From: Mobula hypostoma
Taxonomy: Eukaryota
Length of the DNA: 64,000 nt
NCBI RefSeq assembly: GCF_963921235.1
Contig: NC_086097.1
Span: 250,110,001 to 250,174,000, forward strand
Reading direction: 5' to 3'
Of this stretch, positions 1 to 13,300 are shown one piece after another. Under the pieces are notes generated by a model. The model made no database searches and was not told where the DNA came from. It worked only from the letters and a program-made list of their open reading frames with translations. Within the stretch, counting starts at the first letter, position 1. Every line of letters starts with the position of its first letter. A program made the position numbers and the translations under genes.

Positions 1-603
1 CCAGTTCTCCCCTCCCGCGTGTAAGCGGCAGCGAGCAACAATCCCACCTTCCCCTCACTGGCAAAAAAAGCGCATTGGTACCGTCACCGAGCCAAAGCGT
101 GAGCTAAGCAATAGCAAAGGCACAGACCAAAGTCTTCGCATTTCATCCGACACTCAACAAACCACAGGTTCTCTCCCTGGCAAGGGAGAGGGAGGTGTCC
201 CCCATTTTCACAGCGAGCGGGAGACAAAACAAAATCCAGCTGGTTTACGATGTTAAAAGCCGGTATCATCACTTTTTTCGAGCTCTGTGTCCGAAGATCG
301 CAAAGACCTCAGGTCTTTGGGCCCGCAGCGAAAGATTTTCCGGCCCCCCCAACCCTGATTCTCCCACTTCCAGAGCCCTGAGATCTTAGGATTCCGAACA
401 CGATCAAGACCCTCAGGCCAAACCCTTGGCATGTTGAATAACAGCCAGTCGTGGAACCCCAAGAATGGGTCCCATTCCCACAAAGAACCGAAGCCTGTGT
501 GTAACTCCAGGTCAGGGTCTTCAAAAGAACCCTGAAAGGAAAAAATAAAGATATTAAAGGTGGAAATAGAGCTTTTCCAAAGATGCAAGCAAAGGAGTGG
601 CCC
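1..603 (-). repeat. Unclassified CpG-rich interspersed repeat fragment (runs off the window)
   Basis: Sharp composition change at about 603; no credible ORF; family not determined. Confidence 0.4.
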
Positions 604-694
604 AAAAATTCAGTTTGTACTCCTTTTTCTCTTTGACATAAAAGATCTTGTAGACTTTTATCATCTATTTGAGATCGTGAATGAATAGAATTTA

Positions 695-1007
695 TTGGAG
701 GAGTCTAGTACAAGAGGGCATGACTTAAGGATTGAAGGGTGCCCTTTCAGAACAGAAATGCAAAGAAATTTTTTTAGTCAGAGGGTGGTGAGTCTATGGA
801 ATTTGTTGCCACGGGCAGCAGTGGAAGCCAAGTCATTGGGTGTATTTAAGGCCGAGATTGATAGGTATCTGAGTAGCCAGGGCATCAAAGGTTATGGTGA
901 GAAGGTGGGGGAGTGGGACTAAATGGGAGAATGGATCAGCTCATGATAAAATGGCGGAGCAGACTTGATGGGCCGAATGGCTGACCTGCTCCTTGGTCTT
1001 ATGGTCT
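695..1007 (+). mobile_element. CR1 3' end fragment
   Basis: ORF 695-922 (RNFFSQRVV...GIKGYG) plus 3' UTR; same subfamily as 62298-62750. Confidence 0.85.
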
Positions 1008-1947
1008 AAAATAAACTCAAGAACAAGCTTGTTTGTTCCATTATGAAGTGCATGAATAAATTGCTTTCTCTATTTAAACCTAGCCCAGCTGAGCGTCTGA
1101 ACACTGAATTGGGCCAAATACAATCATTAGTTCCAACCTCCTTTATGTCATGGACAAATGCCATTAAGGGGTCCATGGATCCCAGGTTGGGAATGGGAGC
1201 CCATGGTTTAGATTTCTTCAAATATATGCTTTAATTGATGCAGTTAGTTAAATTTCATTCTCTATTTTCTATTCCTGGGCTCTTCACATCTTGGATTCAT
1301 GTTGGATGTTGTACTGTTTCTTGATTAAGTAAAACAAGACCCTGTTGGACATTGATTGCCACAAGCCCGCTTCCCCTTGTTTGGTGTGGAGGCAGCTGGA
1401 TCACCTCATTTGTAACAAGGACTAGGCCTCAAGCCGTGGGCTTGTGTTGTAGTGTGGTGTCCGGGCTTGGCTGGGTGTTTCCGCTCTTGTCGGTGCTGCC
1501 CTCCAGTGTTGGATTGGTGGAATTACTGTCTGGATTGCTGGGAACCATTAATTTACAGGATTTACCACTCGGTCTTGGGCTAAAAGTGTGTTTTCTTACC
1601 TGACTATGTTTTTTTTTCCCCTTCCTTTCAATTTTGAATGCGCATGTATGTTTTTGCTCCTTGGCCCCAGGGGAGCACTGTCTCATTCGGCTGTATTCAC
1701 GTTATGTTTAAATGACAATTTGGTTTACTGTGTGGCTAATCCATCGTTTAATAACTGCTGAACTGATGATTGTATATTTTATTAATCATAAATTTGTTCA
1801 ACAGTTGAGATCTAATTCATAGTCTGAAACAATCAGGCGCAGTTCACCTACAGCCTACAGTTGAAAAAAATCATGTGAAAGTTTTAGAACGGGTAAGGTT
1901 AAATGAAGTGGATACTTAGATCAGGAATACTGCAATCCATTTACTTG

Positions 1948-2392
1948 CAGTATTGTACAAAAGTCTCAGGCACATATATAGCTAGGTTCCCTAAGACTTT
2001 TGCACTGTAGTGCAGTAATTTTATTTATTGCATTGTACTGCTGCCACAAAAAAAAACAAATTTCATGACATATGTGAGTGATGATAAACCTGATTCTGAT
2101 ATGGGTCTCTATTGTGGACTGAGAGTGGGAAGAAGGCAGGGAGAGGGGAATCATTGTTTGGAAAAGAGGAAGGGAGCGGGAAGCACCAGACAGACATTCT
2201 GTAATGATCAATAAACCAACTGTTTGGAATCAAATAACCTTGCCTGTTGTCTGCACCCACACCACATCCTGCCCCTGGCACTCCTCCTCTGCTACCTGTC
2301 CCACCGTGCTCCACGTTAACAAATACATTACTGAGCAAAAGTCTTAGGCACTCTAGTTATATATATGTGCTTTCGTCTTTTGCACAGTACTG
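1948..2392. mobile_element. Tc1/mariner-like non-autonomous element with hairpin ends; second partial copy at 34599-34975
   Basis: CAGTA(C/T)TGT(G/A)CAAAAGTCT... termini repeated in inverted form at both ends; internal sequence colinear with 34599-34975. Confidence 0.7.
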
Positions 2393-5094
2393 TAGATTAC
2401 TGGAAAGTACTGATCCTGTGTTCCAAACACCTGAATCAATTCGGAATTGGAGAGTCCTTTCAGGTAAAAACAAGAAAGAAAATTCAAGTTGATTCTAAAT
2501 AGGAGAACAGAAAATTGAGCAAAGAAAGCAGAAAATACGGATAGAGCAGCATGAAGTAACAGGCAATAAATGCTGGAGGAACTCAGCCGGTCAGGCAGCA
2601 TCTATGGAAAGGAGTGAACAGTCTGTTTTGGGCTGAGACTCTTCATCAGCTCCGGAAAGGAAGGGGGGGGGGCGGTTGCGGAAGCCAGAGTAGGAAGGCA
2701 TGGGAAGGGGAAAGAGTACAAGCTAGAAGGTAATAGGTGAAACCAGGTTGGGGGTATGAAGTGAGAAGCTGGGAAGTGATAGGTGGAAGTGGTAAAGAGC
2801 TGAAGAAGGAGGAATCTGATGGGAGAGGAGAATGGACAATAGGAGAAGGGGAAGAAGAAGGAACACCAGAGGACGGTAATGTGTATGGGAAAAAATAATA
2901 ATAATAAATAAATAAATAGTGCAAAAAGGCAATGTTCATTGTCTCTTCAGAAATCTGACGGGGTTGGGGGAAGAAGCAGTTCTGAAAATGATTTCAAGCT
3001 GTAATCATGCTCAGAAGAAACAATGAAGCCTGTAGCCAAAGTAGAGTTTTTCATCTTTTTATGAAAGCGAGCTTGTGCTTTCCTAGTCATCATGCATTAG
3101 TGGACTTTAGTTTGGACACCTTTTAGTGGACCACCATGATGTTGAAGAGAGACTGATGGTAAACATATGAATATTTGGTGGATATTTAGTTTATGTGGAT
3201 TTTACTCTACAAACGTTCATGTCCTGTCTTAATATGGCAGACCAAATGTCAAAGGAGTTTCATATCATTCCACAGGGCAAGACAGACTCTGTCACATCTT
3301 TAATGAGCCTTGGATTGAAATAATCCCATCTACTTCCCTGTTGTATGTTTGGAAGGGAGCTTGTTTCAAAACTGAGCTTTGCTTTTAATGCAGTCAAGGA
3401 TTTTAATTTCACTTGTAATTTGATCTGCTTTAGACTTGCCAGCTACGCATTAATTGATTTTGACTGGATGTTATCCCTACTTCTGGATCTTGAGTTACAG
3501 GAGTACTTTTTATGTTTGCTCTCAGTGACCCACAGGATGTAAACCGTCTGGAAATTATTGGCAAAATATATCAAAAGATCTTATAACCAAATACGGGAAG
3601 TTTGGTGTGATCTGTACTTTTTCTAGTGGTAATTCAGTTTATTACATTGTGCTTTGTTAAATACTTTAAGAGCCAATCTGCTGCTTTAGCTTCTTTGATC
3701 CATCGATGCTGGGTGCTTCCAAAAATTACTTTGTACAGTTTTCAAAGTATCAATGCAAAGCAGCTTTAAATCTTTGAACTCGCTTCAGTGTGGCTTTCTA
3801 GACAGACCACTTTCCCTTAAATCTTCTTGTCTGTCTTTTATTACATTGCGTCTACGGGCTGTGTTTCTAATGCCAGCAAACACTCCATATCTGTACATAT
3901 TTTTAAACACCTCAGTGAATTGAGCCCTTACTAAAACTTTTAAGTTACAATAGTTAAGCAAATATGATTATTTTGCAGGTGTTAAAATTCTCTCCTCTGG
4001 TATGACTCCAATATGTGCTTCAACTGTAATTTCCCTCTTTGGCAAAGGTATAGTTTTACTTTCTAGATCTTTCTAAATGTCACAACCCAAGCAATGAACA
4101 TAGGTACACATTTCCTTTCAAAAAATGTCTCTATACTTTTGATAGTGGATGAAATTTATTTCATTCAGGTAACACCTCTAACTTCAAAGTTGTTTTGAGA
4201 AGAAGTTGTCTGAAGTTTCAACTAAAATCAGAAATGCTGGTAACTTCTTTCTGGTGCCCCTCTCTTCCACGGTCCACTCTCCGAGCAGATTCCTCCTTCC
4301 TCAGCCCTTTACCTTTTCCACATATCCCCTTGCAGCCAGCTTGTTCTCCTTCCCTGCCCCCCTCCCCACCATTTCTTATGCCGGCTTCTGCCCTCTACCT
4401 TTCCAGTGCCTTGCTTGACTCTTTATTCCTTTCCATAGATACTGCCTGGTCTGCTGAGTTTTTGTGTGCGATTCTAGAAGTGCTAGAAACACTTAGTATA
4501 TCAACACTTAGGCATCTGTGGAAAGAAAAGTAAGAGTTAGCATTTCAGGTCTACACACTGAATGTTAGCTTTGTTTTTCTTTCACAGGTCAAAACTGGGA
4601 AATAGATTTTTAAAAAATAGTTTATTTCAAATTGAAGGTGCTGGGAGGAATGGATTGAACATGCTGGCCAGGTTGTTCTATTCAAGAAAGAAAACCAGCT
4701 AAAATCAGAGCTGGGTGATGGGCAGAAATGGTCTGTTCTGTTACACACAGCATGAAAGAGCAAATTCCTGAAGTTAAAGAAATTGACAATGAGTCCAAAG
4801 GTTTGCAGCATGTCCAGATGGATGATGAGCTGCTGTTTCTTAAGCTGATGTTGGACCTCGATACAGCGCAGATAGCCAGAAATCTATTTGTAGTTTCATT
4901 AAATTGTACGGTTATCATGGGAGTGCAATGGGAATTAAAGTGATAAGTGAAGCAGACTCAATGGGCCAAATGGCCGAATTCTTCTCCTATATTTTATATG
5001 CCGATTTGCCTGACCATGAGGGAGATTAAATTTTTGGCTGAATGGTGCACAACAACAACCTCTCAACATCAGCAAAACCAAAGAACTGATTATC

Positions 5095-6063
5095 TAGTGA
5101 TTCTTGAAACATCATTACTAATGCCTTCACGATCTCTTCAGCTACCTCTTTCAGAACTCTGTGGTGTACACCATCTGGTCCAGGTGACTTATCTACCTTC
5201 AGACCTTTCAGTTTCCTAAGAACCTTCTCTCTAGTTATGGTAACTTCACACACTTCATGCCCTGACACCTGGAACTTCCATCATACTGCTAGTGTCTTCC
5301 ACAGTGAAGACTGATGCAAAATACTCATTCAGTTCAACCACTATTTCCTTGTTCCCAATTACTACCTCTCCAGCATAGTTTTCCAGTAGTCCAATATCTA
5401 TTTGCCTCTCTTTTACACTTCATGTATCTGAATACAATTTTGGTATCCTCATTAGTATTATTGGCTAGCTTACTTTCAGATTCGACCTTTACCTTGATGA
5501 CTTTTTTAGTTGCCTTCTAATCTTTGCTCTATTACATGCCCTCTCTTTGGCTTTGATTTCTCTTGTTAGCCATGGTTGCGTCGTCTTTCCTTTAGAATAC
5601 TTGTTCCGCTTTGGGAAGTATATATCCCGTTGCTTCCAGAAATTCCAGCCATTGCTACTCAGCTGTCATCCCTGCCAGTATTCTTTTCCTATCAATTCTG
5701 GCCAGCTCCTTTCTTAAGCTACTGTAATTCCCTTTACTCCACTGTAATACTGATACATCTGACTTTAGCTTCTCCTTAGCAAATTTCAGGGTGAATTTGA
5801 TCATATTATGATCACTTGCCCTTAAGAGTTCTTCTACCTTAAGCTCTCTAATCAATTCTGGTTCATTGCACAACACTCAATCCAGAATAGCCAATCCCTG
5901 AGTGGGCTCAACCATGAGCTGCTCTAAAAAGTCATCTTGCAGGAACTCTATATTTCTCCTCCTGGAATCCAACACCAACCTGATTTTCCCAATCTACCTG
6001 CATATTGAAGTCCCCTAAGACTATTATAACAGTGTCCTTTTGGCATGCATTTTCTATCTCCCG
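5095..6063 (-). mobile_element. Old CR1 ORF2 fragment
   Basis: ORFs 5026-5268 (KSPGPDG) and 5655-5876 (SDHN) on the minus strand. Confidence 0.85.
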
Positions 6064-6697
6064 TTATAGCGAGAGGATTCGAGTACAGGAGCAGGGAGGT
6101 ACTACTGCAGTTGTACAAGGCCTTGGTGAGACCACACCTGGAGTATTGTGTGCAGTTTTGGTCCCCTAATCTGAGGAAAGACATCTTTGCCATAGAGGGA
6201 GTACAAAGAAGGTTCACCAGATTGATTCCTGGGATGGCAGGTCTTTCATATGAAGAAAGACTGGATGAACTGGGCTTGTACTCGTTGGAATTTAGAAGAT
6301 TGAGGGGGGATCTGATTGAAACGTATAAGATCCTAAAGGGATTGGACAGGCTAGATGCAGGAAGATTGTTCCCGATGTTGGGGAGGTCTAGAACGAGGGG
6401 TCACAGTTTGAGGATAGAGGGGAAGCCTTTTAGGACCGAGGTTAGGAAAAACTTCTTCACACAGAGAGTGGTGAATCTGTGGAATTCTCTGCCACAGCAA
6501 ACTGTTGAGGCCAGTTCATTAGCTATGTTTAAAAGGAAGTTAGATATGGCCCTTGTGGCTACAGGGGTCAGGGGGTATGGAGGGAAGGCTGGGTTCTGAG
6601 TTGGATGATCAGCCATGATCATAATAAATGGCGGTGCAGGCTCGAAGGACCGAATGGCCTACTCCTGCACCTATTTTCTATGTTTCTATGTTTCTAT
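6064..6697 (+). mobile_element. Young CR1 3' fragment
   Basis: Near-identical to the 3' end of 9895-13429; (CTATGTTT)n tail; ORF 6045-6599. Confidence 0.95.
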
Positions 6698-6717
6698 AAT
6701 TTGTAAGCCACATCCTT

Positions 6718-7528
6718 AGAACCATAGAACATTACAGCACAGAAACAGGCCTTTTGGCCCTTCTTGGCTGTGCAGAACCGTTTTTCTGCCTAATCCCACT
6801 GACCTGCACCTGGACTATATCCCTCCATACACCTCTCATCCATGTACCTGTCCAAGTTTTTCTTAAATGTTACAAGTGAGCCCACATCTATCACTTCATC
6901 TGGCAGCTCATTCCACACTCCCACCACTCTCTGTGTGAAGAAGCCCCTGCTAATGTTCCCTTTAAACTTTTCCCCCTTCACCCTTAACTCATGTCCTCTG
7001 GTTTATTTCTCCCCCTGCCTCAGTGGAAAAAGCCTGCTTGCATTCACTCTATCTATACCCATCATAATTTTATATACCTCTATCAAATCTCCCCTCATTC
7101 TTCTACGCTCCAGGGAATAAAGTCCTAACCTATTCAACTTTTCTCTGTAACTGAGTTTCTCAAGTCCCGACAACATCCTTGTAAACTTTCTCTGCACTCT
7201 TTCAACCTTATTAATATCCTTCCTGTAATTTGGTGACCAAAACTGCACACAATACTCCAAATTTGGCCTCAACAATACCTTATACAACCCCACCATAACA
7301 TTCCAACTCTTATACTCAAGACTTTGATTTATAAAGGCCAATGTACCAAAAGCTCTCTTTATGACCCTATCTACCTGTGATGCCACTTTGAGGGAATTTT
7401 GTATTTGTATTCCCAGATCCCTCTGTTCCACTGCACTCCTCAGTGCCCTACCATTTACCTTGTACTACTTTGGTTTGTCCTTCCAAAGTGCAATACCTCA
7501 CACTTGTCTGTATTAAACTCCATCTACC
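6718..7528 (-). mobile_element. CR1 3' fragment (different subfamily)
   Basis: ORFs 7003-7431 and 6790-6981 (LEYCVQFWSP, FFTQRVV). Confidence 0.88.
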
Positions 7529-7596
7529 ATATTTGGTGATATCTCCATCTGGGGTAATATATTGCATCCGGTGCTCGCAATGCAGCCTTCTAATTC

Positions 7597-8162
7597 CCCA
7601 GACAGTCCTTCCAGGTGAGGCGACACTTCACCTGTGAGTCAGCTGGGTGATATACTGTGTCCGGTGCTCCCGATGTGGCCACACTCAGGTTGGAGGAACA
7701 ACACCTTGTATTCCATCTGGGTAGCCTCCAACCTGATGGCATGAATCAAACTTCTGCTAATGCCCACCTCCCCCTTGTACCCCATCTGTTATTTATTTAT
7801 ATACACACATCCTTTTTTTCTCTCTCTCCTTTTTCTTCCTCTGTCCCTCTGACTATACCCCTTGCCCATCCTCTGGGCTCCACCCCCCCCACACTTTTCT
7901 TTCTCCCTGGGCCTCCTGTCCCATGATCCTCTCATATCCCTTGGCCAATCAACTGTCCAGCTCTTGGCTCCATCCCTCCCCCTCCTGTCTTCTCCTATCA
8001 TTTCAGATCTCCCCCTCCCCCTCCCCCTCCCACTTTCAAATCTCTTACTAACTCTTCTTTCAGTTAGTCCTGACGAAGGGTCTCGGCCCGAAACGTCGAC
8101 TGTACCTCTTCCTAGAGATGCTGCTTGACCTGCTGTGTTCACCAGCAACTTTGATGTGTGTT
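7597..8162 (+). mobile_element. Penelope-like 3' fragment (endonuclease remnant plus pseudo-LTR)
   Basis: Colinear with 28213-28943 with internal deletions; ATLRLEEQHLVFHLGSLQPDGMN. Confidence 0.9.
8066..8101 (+). ncRNA. Minimal type I hammerhead ribozyme motif in a Penelope pseudo-LTR
   Basis: AGUC-CUGACGA-A-GGGU(CUCG)GCCC-GAAA-C-GUC-GACU: complete core, stem I AGUC/GACU, stem II, loop-less palindromic stem III (ACGU); predicted cut after C8097. Confidence 0.85.
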
Positions 8163-9752
8163 ATCCCATTTTAGTGTTTGCAAATTACATGAACCAAAAG
8201 AGAGAGTTTGGACCCGACGCCAAATAAAAATTGCACAAACCTTTCACACTTCTGGAAAAAAAGACATTGTGAGAGTAGGGAAGTGATTTCACCTTTAAAT
8301 TTCAATCAACAATACACACATTTTTATTCTTCTGAAATCATCACCACTTACATTTGCATTTTGTAATCCTGCTGTAACACACTTTTTTATTAGTAATCAT
8401 ATCCTGGGTTATTTTGTAATATTAATTTATTAATTTTTATTCATTTTTAGGACTGAGCATAGCAAGACCAGCTTACAAGATTACCCTTGCCTCCTTGAGT
8501 TGCTGGAGTCATTTGGGGAGGTGGGGTAGGTGCTCCCAAAGTGTGGTTGAATGAGGGGTTTATTGGTGCGAGATACTTCCACATTAAAACAGTGTGCATC
8601 CTCAAGGGCAGCTGGCAGGTGGTGGTGTCTCTCTGCCCTTGTGCTTGGTGGGTTTGGGAGATGCCATTGGGTAGAGCATGGAAGGCCATGGTCCAGGTGC
8701 AGGAAGGTCCGGTATAGCTAGATGGGCTGAAGGGCCTTTCTGTGGAGTAGAGTATCTAAGGAAAGATGTGCTGGCCCTGGAGAAGGTTCAGTTATTTTTA
8801 TTTGCCACTATCAGCCTATGTCTGTGTTGGATCAGGGTGTAGAATTGTTATTTTCCTTGTAGTTTTGTTGTAGTTGTGATTTTCCTATGCTTAGAGTTTG
8901 TATTTTTATATAATCACGTATATATGTGTGTGTAACTATTCGTAGTTTTTTCTGTAGCAGCTGTCAGGCCACTTGAAGCTGTCATTTAATAGGTTCATTG
9001 TTATCACTGGATCGTTGTTATCTTTTCAGTCCAAACAAGTTTTTGTAGGGATGCATATGACTTGGTTCTCGTCTTTCTTTGATCTCCTCTACTGTGTTCT
9101 ATTTGTTTTATTCTCTCTTTCTTTGATCTCTTTGTTCTCTTCTTTCTTTAATCTGTTTTCTTTGAATTCTTCTCTTCTTTGATCCTTTCTTTCTTTCTTT
9201 GTTCTTGAAACACGGAGTAAAATGGCTGTAACCATGAAATTTCTGCCTCACTCTTGACTTCCGGACATCACCACGATCCAACATCTGATAATTGCAACAC
9301 TGATTCTCCTGAAGTTCCCGAAGCCTCGTGGTTTGAATTAGTTAAAGGAAATCATTTCATCAGCTAATTCATGGTAAAACAATGACAATAAATATTAAAG
9401 CCTTAAATCACATCCAAACGACCTTTACATTCAACTGCTTCAAATTTATCAAAGATAAAAATATGAAGATTTATATTATCAGTAGATTTTTTTAAAAGTA
9501 ATGTTTCTTAATTGGCAAATGTATATTCTGCATTAGCGTATTGTCCCTATGAAATCAAAATATGTACAGTTACACCATGATATTTTTGTTTCATTTTCTC
9601 TCAACTAGAACTTAAACTAAAAGTTACTGTGCTATGTCATTGCTTTTGTTAATTAAATAGTGAACCTATCTGCACAATTTTCTAGACAAAAATGTTACAC
9701 TATTAATTTATAAGGTTCTAAATAGCTGTAACTTATTTTGAATTGACCAAAG

Positions 9753-9896
9753 GGCTGGCATGGTAGTTTAGCGGTTAGTGCATCGCTTCACAGCACTAGG
9801 TGTAAGATCAGGGTTCGATTCCTGCCAGTGCCTGCAAGGAGTTTATGCCTTCTCGCCGTGACTGCATGGGCTTTCTTTGGTTTCCTCCCACATTCC
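9753..9896 (+). mobile_element. Old tRNA-head SINE 5' half (3' half resumes at 13430-13590)
   Basis: TAGTTTAGCGG A box, GGTTCGATTCC B box, GGTTTCCTCCCACATTCC core; related copy at about 37965-38180. Confidence 0.75.
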
Positions 9897-10307
9897 AGGG
9901 TCCGGGATATTTCTGATCATGTCCAAGATATCCTGAAGTGGGAGGGTGAGGAGCCAGAGGTCGTGGTACATATAGGTACCAATGACATCGGTAGGAAAAG
10001 GGATGAGGTCCTGAAAGGAGAATATAGGGAGCTAGGAAGGGAGTTGAGAAAAAGGACCGCAAAGGTAGTAATCTCGGGATTACTGCCTGTGCCACGCGAC
10101 AGTGAGAGTAGGAATGCGATGAGGTGGAGGATAAATACGTGGCTGAGGGATTGGAGCAGGGGGCAGGGATTCAAGTTTTTGGATCATTGGGACCTCTTTT
10201 GGCGCAGGCGTGACCTGTACAAAAAGGACGGGTTACACTTGAATCCTAGGGGGACCAATATCCTGGCAGGGAGATTAGCGGGGGCTACTGAGATGACTTT
10301 AAACTAG
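9897..10307 (+). pseudogene. CR1 ORF1 C-terminal SGNH/GDSL esterase domain (5'-truncated)
   Basis: EPEVVVHIGTNDIG (GxND block) and KDGLHLN (DxxH block); the first about 23 aa of listed ORF 9828-10307 come from the flanking SINE. Confidence 0.9.
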
Positions 10308-10312
10308 AATGG

Positions 10313-13300
10313 TTGGGGGGTGGGAATCAAATTAAAGAGGCTAGGCGTGAGGAGGTTAGTTCACAACAGAGGGATGGGAACCAGTGCAGAGAGACAGAGG
10401 GGTGTAAAGTGAGCGTAGAAGCAAAAAGTACAAAGGAGAAAAGTAAAAGTGGCAGGCTGACAAATCCAGGGCAAGCATTAAAAAGGGCCACTTTTCAACA
10501 TAATTGTATAAGGGCTAAGAGAGTTGTAAAAGAGCGCCTGAAGGCTTTGTGTGTCAATGCAAGGAGCATTCGTAATAAGGTGGATGAATTGAAAGTGCAG
10601 ATTGTTATTAATGATTATGATATAGTTGGGATCACAGAGACATGGCTCCAGGGTGACTAGGGATGGGAGCTCAACGTTCAGGGATATTCAATATTCAGGA
10701 GGGATAGACATGAAGGAAGGGGAGGTGGGGTGGCGTTGCTGGTTAAAGAAGAGATTAACGCAATAGAAAGGAAGGACATAAGCCGGGAAGATGTGGAATC
10801 GATATGGGTAGAGCTGCGTAACACTAAGGGGCAGAAGACGCTGGTGGGAGTTGTGTACAGGCCACCTAACAGTAGTAGTGAGGTCGGAGATGGTATTAAA
10901 CAGGAAATTAGAAATGTGTGCAATAAAGGAACAGCAGTTATAATGGGTGACTTCAATCTACATGTAGACTGGGTGAACCAAATTGGTAAAGGTGCTGAGG
11001 AAGAGGATTTCTTGGAATGTATGCGGGATGGTTTTTTGAACCAACATGTCGAGGAACCGACTAGAGAGCAGGCTATTCTGGACTGGGTTTTGAGCAATGA
11101 GGAAGGGTTAATTAGCGATCTTGTTGTGAGAGGCCCCTTGGGTAAGAGTGACCATAATATGGTGGAATTCTTCATTAATATGGAGAGTGACATAGTTAAT
11201 TCAGAAACAAAGGTTCTGAACTTAAAGAGGGGTAACTTTGAAGGTATGAGACGTGAATTAGCTAAGATAGACTGGCAAATGACACTTAAAGGATTGACGG
11301 TGGATATGCAATGGCAAGCATTTAAAGGTTGCATGGATGAACTACAACAATTGTTCATCCCAGTTTGGCAAAAGAATAAATCAAGGAAGGTAGTGCACCC
11401 GTGGCTGACAAGAGAAATTAGGGATAGTATCAATTCCAAAGAAGTAGCATACAAATTAGCCAGAGAAAGTGGCTCACCTGAGGACTGGGAGAAATTCAGA
11501 GTTCAGCAGAGGAGGACAAAGGGCTTAATTAGGAAGGGGAAAAAAGATTATGAGAGAAAACTGGCAGAGAACATAAAAACGGACTGTAAAAGCTTTTATA
11601 GATATGTAAAAAGGAAAAGACTGATAAAGACAATTGTAGGTCCCCTGCAAACAGAAACAGGTGAATTGATTATGGGGAGCAAGGACATGGCAGACCAATT
11701 GAATAATTACTTTGGTTCTGTCTTCACTAAGGAGGACATAAATAATCTTCCAGAAATAGTAAGGGACAGAGGGTCCAGTGAGATGGAGGAACTGAGTGAA
11801 ATACATGTTAGTAGGGAAGTGGTGTTAGGTAAATTGAAGGGATTGAAGGCAGATAAATCCCCAGGGCCAGATGGTCTGCATCCTAGAGTGCTTAAGGAAG
11901 TAGCCCATGAAATAGTGGATGCATTAGTGATAATTTTTCAAAACTCGTTAGATTCTGGACTAGTTCCTGAGGATTGGAGGGTGGCTAATGTAACCCCACT
12001 TTTTAAAAAAGGAGGGAGAGAGAAACCGGGGAATTATAGACCAGTTAGCCTAACGTCGGTGGTGGGGAAACTGCTGGAGTCAGTTATCAAGGATGTGATA
12101 ACAGCACATTTGGAAAGCAGTGAAATGATCGGACAAAGTCAGCATGGATTTGTGAAAGGAAAATCATGTCTGACGAATCTCATAGGATTTTTTGAGGATG
12201 TAACTAGTAGAGTGGATAGGGGAGAACCAGTGGATGTGGTATATTTGGATTTTCAAAAGGCTTTTGACAAGGTCCCACACAGGAGATTAGTGTGCAAACT
12301 TAAAGCACACGGTATTGGGGGTAAGGTATTGGTGTGGGTGGAGAATTGGTTAGCAGACAGGAAGCAAAGAGTGGGAATAAACGGGACCTTTTCAGAATGG
12401 CAGGCGGTGACTAGTGGGGTACCGCAAGGCTCAGTGCTGGGACCCCAGTTGTTTACAATATATATTAATGACTTGGATGAGGGAATTAAATGCAGCATCT
12501 CCAAGTTTGCGGATGACACGAAGCTAGGTGGCAGTGTTAGCAGTGAGGAGGATGCTAAGAGGATGCAGAGTGACTTGGATACGTTCGGTGAGTGGGCAAA
12601 CTCATGGCTGATGCAATTTAATGTGGATAAATGTGAAGTTATCCACTTTGGTGGCAAAAATAGGAAAACAGATTATTATCTGAATGGTGGCCGATTAGGA
12701 AAAGGGGAGGTGCAACGAGACCTGGGTGTCATTATACACCAGTCATTGAAAGTGGGCATGCAGGTACAGCAGGCGGTGAAAAAGGCGAATGGTATGCTGG
12801 CATTTATAGCGAGAGGATTCGAGTACAGGAGCAGGGAGGTACTACTGCAGTTGTACAAGGCCTTGGTGAGACCACACCTGGAGTATTGTGTGCAGTTTTG
12901 GTCCCCTAATCTGAGGAAAGACATCTTTGCCATAGAGGGAGTACAAAGAAGGTTCACCAGATTGATTCCTGGGATGGCAGGACTTTCATATGAAGAAAGA
13001 CTGGATGAACTGGGCTTGTACTCGTTGGAATTTAGAAGATTGAGGGGGGATCTGATTGAAACGTATAAGATCCTAAAGGGATTGGACTGGCTAGATGCAG
13101 GAAGATTGTTCCCGATGTTGGGGAAGTCCAGAACGAGGGGTCACAGTTTGAGGATAGAGGGGAAGCCATTTAGGACCGAGATTAGGAAAAACTTCTTCAC
13201 ACAGAGAGTGGTGAATCTGTGGAATTCTCTGCCACAGGAAACTGTTGAGGCCAGTTCATTGGCTATGTTTAAGAGGGAGTTAGATATGGCCCTTGTGGCT

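Noticed and set aside
4570..4943. Strong plus-strand acceptor at 4588 and a 71 aa ORF as a host exon
   Set aside because: The acceptor appears to lie in a decayed pseudo-LTR-like hairpin, the frames close quickly and there is no recognisable homology.
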